NCBI RefSeq assembly: GCF_006345805.1
Contig: NW_021824177.1
Location: 1-20,577, forward strand
Reading direction: 5' to 3'
Length of the DNA: 20,577 bases
DNA from: Octopus sinensis
Taxonomy: Eukaryota
Each line of letters begins with the position of its first letter. Position 1 is the stretch's first letter. Below the pieces are notes generated by a model, which did not search any database, was not told where the DNA came from, and saw only the letters and a program-made list of their open reading frames with translations. Both the position numbers and the translations under genes were made by a program. This document shows, piece by piece, positions 9,735-20,410 of this stretch.

Positions 9735-10136
9735 CACACACACCGAAACTTAAGCCGTAACATAGTGAAACTTAAGACGTAATTCTTTTAATAAACATAC
9801 AATTTCAGCCTCCCTCAGAAAGATAAACAGATCGGATACATTATATATGTTAACTCCCTGTGGAGAAATGACTGGTATCATTTCTCCGATGAAGATCTAA
9901 CAAGCCTAGAAACTGGTTAGAACGGTAGCATTTTATTTCTGTCCAGAGAGTGTTAAACGTTTTAGCGTAACTGCTCTGGTTACTTTCGAAAATGATATAA
10001 AATTGTATTTTTAATTAAGAAATGTATATTACTTCATGTTACAAATTATCCGCAAAAAAAAAAAACGAAAACGCTGTGTAATGCAAATTGTATTAATGTA
10101 CAAATGTCTACACTCATACACATATACGTATACACG

Positions 10137-10171
<35 letters not shown>

Positions 10172-10423
10172 GGACACATTAGATATCTAAGAATTACATA
10201 GACACCCTCGTTTTTGAAAGACGTTTTTCTAGAAGCAAAATTATATAATTTGACGCCCTTAAATACTTAATCTAGTATTTAGTAGACATACCTTGTGCAT
10301 AATACATTCCCAAAGTTCCTTGTCGTATCCGCACGTATTGATCAGTATAGTGAGGGATGTCTATATTTGAGATAGTATATAAATATAAATACATATGTGA
10401 ATATATATTTATATATATTAATA

Positions 10424-10715
10424 GTTATCGCCAAGGGAAGATGGCTGTCCAGGCAAATAGGAGGAATGCTGCCGTTGATTAGCTCCAAGAGGTCATCGCC
10501 TCTAGCTAGCTATGTGACACACAAACCTGTGTCCGTTACCACTTTCGAGCAGGTGAGATCAGCGGCTTCCCCTTGCTGGTTCAACATCTACACACGAATT
10601 TCGAGGTATTTGCCACTTTTCAATGTGGAGTAGCTGATAGCTAGCTAGTGGCGATGGCCACTTGGAGCTAATCAACGGGAGTATTTCTGGACTGCCATGT
10701 TAGCTTGGCGATAAC
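10424..10715. mobile_element. MITE-like element with ~80-90-bp imperfect inverted arms (10424-10513 / 10637-10715)
   Basis: gttatcgccaag...ccgttgattagctccaagaggtcatcgcctctagctagctat versus atagctagctagtggcgatggccacttggagctaatcaacgg...cttggcgataac. Confidence 0.75.
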
Positions 10716-10775
10716 AAGTAATATCCAGTACTGCTGCCGTATTCTCCCTTAGAGAGATTTAGAAATATATATATA

Positions 10776-11900
10776 CAGAGTTTGGACAAAATAATGGAAA
10801 CACCTAGCCTCATAGCATCATAATTTTGATATATATATATATATAAAATTGTCAGAAGCTTGTTTATTATTGTTTTGATTTATTATTAGTGTTGCTTAAT
10901 ATGATTTACTAAAATTGCTTTTTCGTTTCAGATATCATCAGAAACAGATAATTAAAATTCATTAAAATGACAGATCTATCTTCAAAGACGTCGAATTGTT
11001 GGTGCTCGTATGGCTGGCGTTAGCGTAAGGAAAACAGCCGAAATGCTTGGTGTATCAAGAAGTACTGTTTCGAAAGTAATGACAGTCTTTCAGAAAATGA
11101 GAAAAGCATACTCGTCGAAACAAAACTTCGGAAGAAAACCAAAACTTTCAGATAGGAACCGTCGGATTCTTACGCGAATTGTTAGAAAGGATCATAAAAA
11201 ATTTCAGCTCCCAAAATTACTGCAGGGCTTAATGACCACCTCGAGAACACAGTTTCCACAAAAACTGTTCGCCGGGAGCTGCACAAAGCCGGATTTCACG
11301 GGAGGGCTGCAATCAGAAAACCACTACTTTCAAAAACAAAGGTTGCAAAGCGTTTAGAATGGTGTACAAACCTACATAATTGGTCCCTAGAGCAGTGGAA
11401 GAATGCTATTTTCTCAGACGAGTCAGCCTTTAGCTTATTTTCGACCACAGGCCAAGTGTACGTATGGAGACAGCCGAAAGAAGCATTTGACCCAGACTGC
11501 CTTCTTCCAACTGTTAAACATGGAGGAGGATCTGTGATGAACTGGGGAGTTATATTTTGGAAATCTGCCGGCCCAATGGTTTCCCTTCATGGCAGAATTA
11601 ATATTCCAGACTATTTAAGCATTTTATCTGATCAATTTCATCCTATGGTTGCGGAACTGTTTCCTGAGGGAAACACAATCTTTCAGGATGATAGTGCACC
11701 AATTCACACAGCGAAAGTTGTTACTGAATGGCACAAGGAACATTCTAGAGAAGTTGAACATCTTATCTGGCCATGACAGTCCCCAGATCTCAATATTATT
11801 GAACATTTATGGTGCATTTTAGGAAAACAAGGAGTCGATATCCTCCACCATCATCACTACAAGAACTGGAAACTGTTTTAGCTAAAGATTGGACAAATCA
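10776..11900 (+). mobile_element. Tc1-like DNA transposon, decayed, right end missing
   Basis: TA at 10774-10775 followed by Tc1-style left terminus CAGAGTTTGGACAAAATAATGGAAACACC; transposase remnant inside; interrupted by a SINE at ~11903; no right TIR seen. Confidence 0.88.
10967..11900 (+). pseudogene. Tc1 transposase pseudogene (DD36E spacing)
   Basis: HTH region (GVSVRKTAEMLGVSRSTVSKV), GRKPKLS linker, FSDES, TVKHGGGSVMNWG, FQDDSAPIH, WP*QSPDLNIIEHLW; frameshifts near 10980 and 11200, in-frame TGA at 11774-11776. Confidence 0.92.
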
Positions 11901-11902
11901 AA

Positions 11903-12010
11903 TATAGTAGAAGACACTTGCCGAAGATGTCACGCAGTGGGACTAACCAGAACCATGTGGTTGGGAGGCAAGGAAGCAAGGTTCTTACCACCCAGTCACT
12001 CCTGCGCCTA
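11903..12010 (-). mobile_element. family A SINE head fragment
   Basis: atagtagaagacacttgcc...cacgcagtgggact...cttaccacccagtcactcctgcgcct is the reverse complement of 2370-2470. Confidence 0.82.
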
Positions 12011-12016
12011 TGTTAC

Positions 12017-12062
<46 letters not shown>

Positions 12063-12066
12063 ATAT

Positions 12067-12114
<48 letters not shown>

Positions 12115-13379
12115 TGTATGTATGTGTGTGTGTATATATATACATATGCATATATGTGAGTTTGTGTGTGTTTGTACGCGTATGTGTGTATGTATGTGTG
12201 TGTGTATGTGTATGTGTGTGTCTGTGTGTGTGTGTGTGATGTTCTGGGGAATATACATGTCTGATCATTAGACTGAAAGGTTTGTCCTTAGCATAAATCT
12301 GAGGCAGAATTAAGCAGTGAATAGAATACAAGAATAGAAACGAACACAAGTAATGGAATTCTTGGGACGAATATTCTCATAAAACAAAGCACGAATTACA
12401 TGAGTCCGAACCATAAACAATGTCTAGTAATATAATAAACTAAATATTCACGTCAAATCTATCCTCATTAAAAAGTAACTACACATTTGTAAACCCGAAA
12501 ATGAACGAGTAAGATCTAGTGCGACTTCCAAATTCAAATGGAAACGTGTAAGTTTTATGTGTAAATACTTGCTACTACATTGGGCATAAATATAAAGCAC
12601 ACATTCGTAGCAATTGAAATGTACTCGATTACACAACACAAAAGAAGAGAAGAGAGAAAGGTTTTAGTGGACATGACATAACATTTCCCATAAGAATCGA
12701 TGATAATGATGGAGATTTTGCTCGTAATATACTGCAACGATGAAACGCATAAATGAACGATATTTCCATGTCATAAATATAATAGATAGGTGGTTAATGG
12801 CGTATTAATCTAATGTTGGTATTCCAAGTTGTGGTGACAGCGTTTAAGTAAATATAAGCGATATGTTTTATAGAGTTATTGTATCTGCCTGCGATAAAAC
12901 AGACAGCTGTATACGACAATAATATTTTATATTCTGGTAGTTAGGTGCGAAAGTCTACAATTGATGTTAAGAGATTTGGGAAAGCATTGTTTCAGATAAA
13001 GTGTAAAGGATACATGTAAACATTTTTATTTAACGAACAACATATTAGAATCACGTAGTAGAGTACAGTCGAGTTTTCAATACAAAGTGTCTAAAAGGTA
13101 TGCTATAACCCACAGAATAGCATAGAGTCGTATGCGTGAGCGTGAGAGAGAGGGGTGGGAAAGAGAGGGGAAAAGAGGTGTGTGTGTGTGTATGTGTGTG
13201 CGTGCAGAGAAAATCTACATTGATTCATGGATGAATACATACATATATGCATAAATAATATGTGGAATTTTCCCAGTAATTATCCAACAAATGTATAAAT
13301 ATGACACCAGAAGCAACGAAAGAACAGCGAAGAATTTCGAAATATTTAGAACGAACTTAGGCACACACATACGTACTTG

Positions 13380-13380
<1 letters not shown>

Positions 13381-13413
<33 letters not shown>

Positions 13414-13422
13414 CATACATAT

Positions 13423-13453
<31 letters not shown>

Positions 13454-13590
13454 CATACATACATACATACATAATACATACATATATAGATACATACATT
13501 TATACATACATACATACATACATACATGCATACATACATACATACATATATACATACATACATATATACATACATACATACATACATACA

Positions 13591-13622
<32 letters not shown>
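13381..13622 (+). repeat. (CATA)n/(TA)n microsatellite
   Basis: Directly visible. Confidence 0.95.
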
Positions 13623-13624
<2 letters not shown>

Positions 13625-13754
13625 CAGGGGGATTCAAAAGTCGCCATACATAAGAACAATTTATTTTTTTTATAAGAAACGTTATTTTTTATTTAACTGA
13701 TTTTTATAAAAATAATAAATTTTTCGTATGTATGGTGAATTTTGAATCACTCTG
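13625..13754. mobile_element. 130-bp Tc1/mariner-type MITE
   Basis: 28-bp TIRs CAGGGGGATTCAAAAGTCGCCATACATA / reverse complement CAGAGTGATTCAAAATTCACCATACATA (24/28 match), flanked by TA on both sides (13623-13624, 13755-13756). Confidence 0.85.
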
Positions 13755-14077
13755 TACATACATCAGAAGAGAATAACCGAGAGACCACCAATAAACAAAA
13801 ACAACGTAACCGGAACCAGGCAGCACTTTACGAAGACATGAGAGGAGGAGTAGTGAACCTCACTGAAGGTCCTTCACGAGAAGATATAGACTCCTTCTGG
13901 AGGAAAATCTGGATAGAAGATAAGGAGTTTAAGCAAGATGCTCTGTAGCGGGAAGAGATCCTAAAAGTTATTGCTCCTGCGTTATACTCAAGACATACAG
14001 CATTGATGGTGATGCCCTTGAAACTGCAATCCAGAAACTCCAGGATAGAAAAGCACCTTGAAGAGACTTGATTGTTA

Positions 14078-14390
14078 TTTATTGATTTGTTTGTTCCTTC
14101 TCGAGCCACGCCTGGCTCATAAGGGCCGGTTTCCCGGTTTCCTTGGCGTATAAGTTCCCCACCTGGACGGGACGCCGGTCCGTCGCAGGTGAGCTGCAAG
14201 ATGCAGGAGGAAAGAGTGAGAGAAAGTTGTGGCGAAAGAGTCAGCAGAAGTTCGCCATTACCTTCTGTCGGAGCCGCGTGGAGTTTAGGTGTTTCTCTCA
14301 TAAACACACACATCGCCCGGTCTAAGATTGGAACCCACGATTCCTCGACCGCGAGTCCGCTGCTCTAACCACTAGGCCATGTGACTCCAC
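14078..14390 (-). mobile_element. tRNA-derived SINE, family C, nested in the LINE
   Basis: Minus strand reads gtggagtcacaTGGCCTAGTGGttagagcagcggactcgcggtcgaggaatcgtGGGTTCCAATCttagacc... with an (AAAC/AAAT)-like tail; splits LINE codons DLIV|RY*YQKL; GTTA on both sides. Confidence 0.85.
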
Positions 14391-14860
14391 GTTAGGTATT
14401 GATACCAGAAGCTAACCTTCTACCGACCATATCTTATCAACGTCTACCAGCAAGCTCTCATCGGCAACAGTAACATACCACACTGGTTAGCTCTGGCAGG
14501 GATAAAATAGATTCCCAAATGCAGAACCGCTTACATGGCAAAAAAAAAAACTACCGGCCAACTGCATGCCAGAACTTAATGTATAAGATATACGCAGCAA
14601 GCTTAAACCTCTTCCTCCAGAACCATTGTGAAAGTAATAACATCATCACAGCCGAGCAAGCAGCTGGGAAGAAGGCAGTCTGGGGATGTGCCGAGCAATT
14701 GTTAATCAACAAATGGATGCGGGAAATCATTCAGCTTGCTAAAGTTCCAGTGAGCATAATCAAAGCTATAACTGACCTGACTTCATCGTAGACCACCATC
14801 TTGAAATTAAGCACAAAGAGTGACTGTATTATCACTGATAGAATATAGTATCACAAAGGC

Positions 14861-15088
14861 GGCGAGCTGGCAGAAACGCTAGCACGCCGGACGCAATGCC
14901 TACCGGTATTTCGTTTGTCTTTACGTTCTGAGTTCAATTTCCGCCGAGATCGACTTTGCCTTTCATCCTTTCGAGGTCGATAAATTAAGTATCAGTTACG
15001 TACTGGGGTTGATGTAATTGATTTAATCCCTTTTTCTGTCCTTGTTTGTCTCCTCTATGTTTATCCCCTTGTGGGAAATGAAGAAATA
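14861..15088 (+). mobile_element. family B SINE nested in the RT domain, with target-site duplication
   Basis: Flanked by perfect direct repeat AGAATATAGTATCACAAAGGC (14840-14860 and 15089-15109); homologous to 1499-1729(-). Confidence 0.92.
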
Positions 15089-16955
15089 AGAATATAGTAT
15101 CACAAAGGCATATTTCAAGGCGACAGCCTCTCTATGATGGTGTTTATATTTTCTGTAAACTTCTCTTTTAATGTTAAGGTAGTCTGAAGGATATCTCATT
15201 GGTTCACAGGGAAACAGGAATACCAGAACTACACACTTTTTCTTTGTGGATGACTTGAAAATTTACGCAAAGAATATGGATGAGATGAAAAAGAGCCTTG
15301 ACCTAGTCACAACATTCTCAAAGAATGTAGGGTTGGAGTTTGGTCAGGATAAATGTTATTTGGTTATGAAAAGGGGGGACTGTAAACAGACTAGCAACAT
15401 CTCCATCAAAGTCTTGACTGTTTCCCCCGAGGAATGTTACAGGTATCTAGAGGTGGATGAAAATCATACAATGGCACCTGCAACAAAATGCGCGTCACTA
15501 AAGAATATTAGCGCCGAATAAAGAAAATTTGGACATCACAACTCTCTCCATTCAAAAAATCAGTAGACCAAAATGTATTTGCAGTGCCAATACTCATACC
15601 AACATTTGGACTGCTTGATTGGACGCTTGATGAGATCCGAGCCATTGATGTGAAAACGCGGAAAATACTAACAAGCGCACATAAACAATTTCAACATAAA
15701 CAGTGATGTAGACCTCCTCTACCTAAAACGAAACAAGGTAACAAAGGCTTAACATCGATCCAAAATGTCGTATCATATCCCTTCCCTTCGGCAACATCTT
15801 TTAACCACCAAGTGTCGTAGTGCATCCTTTGATCAAGCTGGAATACATGAGGCTGATAAAATCATAAGACTTGGATGGCCGCTCCTTGAACAGCATTCCT
15901 TGTCTGATAACCTTAAATATATGCCCAAAGAAGTCTCACGACTCTACCGTAACGTATCATCAGACGAAAGGATGAGCATATATGAGCAGAAAACTATGTA
16001 TTGATATGTTAGTAGAAAGCTCCGAGATGATAGTAACAGTAATCATCAAAGCAGTTTATCATGAACCAATAACCAGATTACTACATCCCACTTTGAAGAG
16101 TATACGTTTTCAATCCAGGACAGGAAATATCAACTAAGTACCCAATGCACAAAAGGGATTGAGATGCAGGAAAAGCAGTAAAATGTGACAGCTGATACAA
16201 ACTTTATGAAGGAAACACCGAAGATATCACCCACATCATAAGCAGTTGTTCGATGTCATCACGGTATTATCCATCGATTAAACGTGATGTAGCTAGGATG
16301 TTCTATAATGAAATCCGTCGGAACGATAACCCCAAGGGCAAAGAAATTAGAACGCATAGTATGTTAGAAGCCATAGACACTCATAATAGAAAGGAGTACT
16401 GGTGGAATATCCCAGTGAAGACCTCAATAAAATGTAAGCACAACAGACATGATATAATGATTTGGGATAGAGAAGAGGAACTGAGGACAGTTGTGGAAAT
16501 TATTTGCCCATCGGATGTTAACATACAGCAAAAGATCAGTCGAAAAGAAAATACCTACATTGAACTAGTGAGAAATCTAGTTATTCTATTCAGATTAGTT
16601 TCAGGTTTATACCTGTAATTATTGGGGCCCCAGGATATTTAACACAATGCCTATATAGCAGTCTTGAAACCAGAAAGAAGAAAGCTAATTCGAAGACTAC
16701 AGATCCGATCTATCACTGAAACTGTAAAAATCTGTAAAACTTTGCAGAAGTTTATCATTTAAATATATATGGGCATCTCTAGATATGCAACTATATGAAT
16801 GAGAATATATACATAAAACAAAATATACAAATCTGCACATATACATACATACCTTGTTGTTGATGTTGAAATTCCAACAAAAGAGCCTTGGATCTTGGTT
16901 CGAAACCGGCTCTTGCTCTATTGGCAAGAAAACTTGAAGTAAAACTGAATAAGAA

Positions 16956-17048
16956 CATATATATACATACATACATACAAACATACATACGTACACAAAC
17001 TCACTCTCAGAGATACATAATCAGAAACGATCAAATATGTATCTACAT

Positions 17049-17086
<38 letters not shown>

Positions 17087-17320
17087 CATACATACATATA
17101 TATGTATGTATACATATATATATATGTATGTATATACACATATGTGTGTGTGTGTGTGTTTATACATCTAAACATACACATATATATACGTATATTTAGT
17201 ATTTATAAATATATGTGTAAGTATACCTACATACATACACATATTCTGCGTACATACATACATACATACATACATACATACATACATACATACATACATA
17301 CATACATACATACATACATA
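16956..17320. repeat. compound (CATA)n/(TA)n/(TG)n microsatellite field
   Basis: Directly visible. Confidence 0.9.
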
Positions 17321-17705
17321 CGCGTATTCTGCGTGCATATGTGACAATCATACAAGCCTGCATACACACCGGCAATTTATTTTACAAGTCATTTGTTCCA
17401 ACAAAGGTCAAATTTCTAGCTTTAAGTTTAAAAAAAGTGTTCCATATGAAATGTCAAATATAATTAACGATATTACGTTTTTCTTCTTATATCCTTCCTA
17501 TACACGCTCGAACATGGGTTACCTTCAATACTGGTGTATATATATATATATATATAGATGTATGTGCGTGTGCGTATTTTTGTATGTGTATGTGATATAT
17601 ATATATATATATTATATATATATATATATATACATATATATACATTGTTACCTATATTAGGTGAATATCTATAAATATATATATGTGTGTGTATATATAT
17701 ATATT

Positions 17706-17749
<44 letters not shown>

Positions 17750-17937
17750 TATATTTATTTATTTATATATATATTATATATATATATATATATTTCCACA
17801 TGTCTATGTATGTATACGTGTATATTCATTATACATCTCTGAGGGGGACCTGGAAAGATAGACAAATTAATACACATAGTACAAAAATACTTAGACACAC
17901 ATATGTACATAGATGTTTGTAACTAGCAAAATTATTA

Positions 17938-17979
<42 letters not shown>

Positions 17980-18309
17980 GCGTTAACAAAGAGAAGTAGG
18001 TTCGAGTTCCATGTAGATAGAAAAGCCATTAATTTTCTGTCGAGAGCTTATATGCCCCGTTATTAGACTGTTTTACTTAGTCATTGCATGGTGATCTCCA
18101 TAAGCTTTAAGCATATATAAAAATACCATTATCATTATTTACAGGATTGTAAAATACAGCACCGTATAACAAAACCATTCGCACCGAAAGCATATATATA
18201 TATATTTTATATTATATATTGGAGTAACCTCCCTTTATTCAACGTTTTTTTCCATTGTGTTTTTGTCGTAATAAGAGACTGGCTCGACAGAAAACAATAT
18301 CGTTAATCT

Positions 18310-18311
18310 CC

Positions 18312-18390
<79 letters not shown>

Positions 18391-18450
18391 CGCTCTCTCT
18401 CCCACTTTCTCTCTTTCCCTCTATTTCTGTCTCTTTCTCCCTTTCTCTGT
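18310..18450 (+). repeat. (CT)n/(CTAT)n pyrimidine-rich microsatellite
   Basis: Directly visible. Confidence 0.93.
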
Positions 18451-18645
18451 CATGGTACTGACTACTCATTATATATATATAAATTAGAAAAAAAAAACCC
18501 ACCTTTTATCAATTCAATAATGAAAAAGTTAAATTATACCATTTAGAAAAATTACATCTCATAGAAAGATTAAATATAAGATAAAATATATACCATGATT
18601 AAGTAATGTGCAAAATATAATAAGACGTATATATTTGGTATATAT

Positions 18646-18684
<39 letters not shown>

Positions 18685-18752
18685 CTGAGCGCCTATTATA
18701 ATATACTGTAATTGTACTGTTGTTGTTGTTTTTTTTGTCCCTTTTGGATAAA

Positions 18753-18789
<37 letters not shown>

Positions 18790-18936
18790 CATACATCATC
18801 TGTGTCCCTTTCTGTAGAAGAGTGTAGGCGGCAAAACGTAAAATACTTTGTCTATACCTGAGCTTTATACTAATACATCTGTTTGTTTTGTCACCACCTG
18901 TCTTCGTCTTTTGTTTGTTTCATAAACTCTTCCTAT

Positions 18937-19010
<74 letters not shown>

Positions 19011-19620
19011 GCAAGCATAATTCCAGCTTACATCACTACTTTCACATATCCTATCAATCTTTTCATTTTAGCAATCTTCAAGAACTCTAGCTTTGGATAT
19101 AGACAGCTCCGGTTCAATGTGAAAGATTTGCAATTGCTCTTACGATGACACTTGGAGATAATAGATGACACTATTCAACATGAAAAGAGCGTTGGTGTTG
19201 ATTATATAACTTTCGTAATTGCGAAGAGACAAAATGGCTTCGACAGAGGATTGAATTGTTATTGACGTGCAAAACATTGTGCGCGATATGAGATTTAACA
19301 ATGATGTGAGCATACAAGCATAATAGGATGTAGTGCTTTATCGTTTGTACGCTTGTATGTGGACATACTGTTTAATCATCTCGTGTGGAAACTTCACTCC
19401 TATACATAGATGTATGGCTGAAAGTGTCTTGCGTTCAGGAATTAACAATGAAGAGCGCAAAATCAAAGACATATGCATACATAAATTTCTATTCGAAAAC
19501 ACATACCCCACCCCACACTCACACACATGCGCAAGCACATATACATACACACACACATAAATACATATAGATAGACACATTTTTTACACAAATATTACAT
19601 ATATATATATATATATATAT

Positions 19621-19664
19621 AAGCATATACAGGAATATATATAAGCATATACAGGAATATATAT
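19621..19664 (+). repeat. 22-bp direct tandem repeat x2 (aagcatatacaggaatatatat)
   Basis: Directly visible within a (TA)n tract. Confidence 0.85.
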
Positions 19665-19738
19665 ATATGTAGGTCCCGGGTTGAGTCGGGGTTAACTACA
19701 GTAAATAAGTTACTCAATACAGAGTAAATTAATTTATT

Positions 19739-19826
19739 TTATAGAAGGAGCTTCCTACAGGACTAGAACTGTCTCATTCAAAAATTTTGAATGAAACAGT
19801 TCTAGTCCTGTAGAAGCTCCTTCTAT

Positions 19827-19828
<2 letters not shown>
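19739..19828. repeat. 90-bp near-perfect palindrome with 1-nt centre
   Basis: ttatagaaggagcttcctacaggactagaactgtctcattcaaaa-a-ttttgaatgaaacagttctagtcctgtagaagctccttctataa; one substitution and one 1-nt indel between the arms. Confidence 0.93.
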
Positions 19829-19861
<33 letters not shown>

Positions 19862-19938
19862 ATATTATACTATATATATATTATATATATATATATATGT
19901 GTGTGTGTACAGAACGCCACCCATATATGTACGTTTAT

Positions 19939-19969
<31 letters not shown>

Positions 19970-20214
19970 ACTCTGTGTGTGTGTCTGTGTTTGTATGTGT
20001 CTGCGTGTATACATATATAAGTATGAATGTACATATATATACACACACAGACACACACATCAAACTGTTAAAGCATTATGCAAATAGACACCGGCAAAAT
20101 TGAGTGCAATATTTTACAGAGATTCATTGTTGACGAGGAAATCTTCATCTGTTTATTTATACTTAATCACCTGCTCATGAAGTCACACAGACACATGGAC
20201 ACCAACACAAACAC

Positions 20215-20293
20215 ACGGATACATATACATACATGCATACATACATACATACATATATACATATATATATATACATATATTATATATATATAC

Positions 20294-20343
<50 letters not shown>

Positions 20344-20410
20344 TATATATATATATATATATATATATGAACTCATATATATAATTATATATATATAACT
20401 CACACACACC
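20215..20410. repeat. (CATA)n/(TA)n microsatellite field
   Basis: Directly visible. Confidence 0.93.

Larger units (their letters stand above)
13764..16761 (+). pseudogene. reverse transcriptase + Zn knuckle + restriction-like endonuclease pseudo-ORF
   Basis: ORF fragments 13742-13948, 14519-14791, 15246-15521, 15765-16004 and 16253-16618 are pieces of one ancestral ORF; many stops and frameshifts plus two SINE insertions. Confidence 0.88.
13764..16955 (+). mobile_element. 5'-truncated, decayed R4/Dong-like (RLE) non-LTR retrotransposon
   Basis: Ordered motifs across broken frames: PSREDIDSFWRKIW, RKAP*RDLIV, KNYRPTACQNLMYKI...EQAAGKKAVWGCAEQLLIN, KGIFQGDSLS, FFVDDLKIYAK, GLEFGQDKC, YRYL, decayed CCHC knuckle (EDITHIISSC), YWWN...HNRHDIMIWD...VVEIICP (restriction-like endonuclease), IIGAPGY, stop at ~16761, then presumed 3' UTR to (CATA)n. 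Confidence 0.9.

Noticed and set aside
13828-14325. 161-aa and 60-aa ORFs with normal-looking composition
   Set aside because: They lie in the family C SINE and the antisense LINE; not independent genes.
19058-19148. Possible host exon after a polypyrimidine-AG (ttttcattttag)
   Set aside because: No good splice donor, all frames close quickly, no recognisable peptide.
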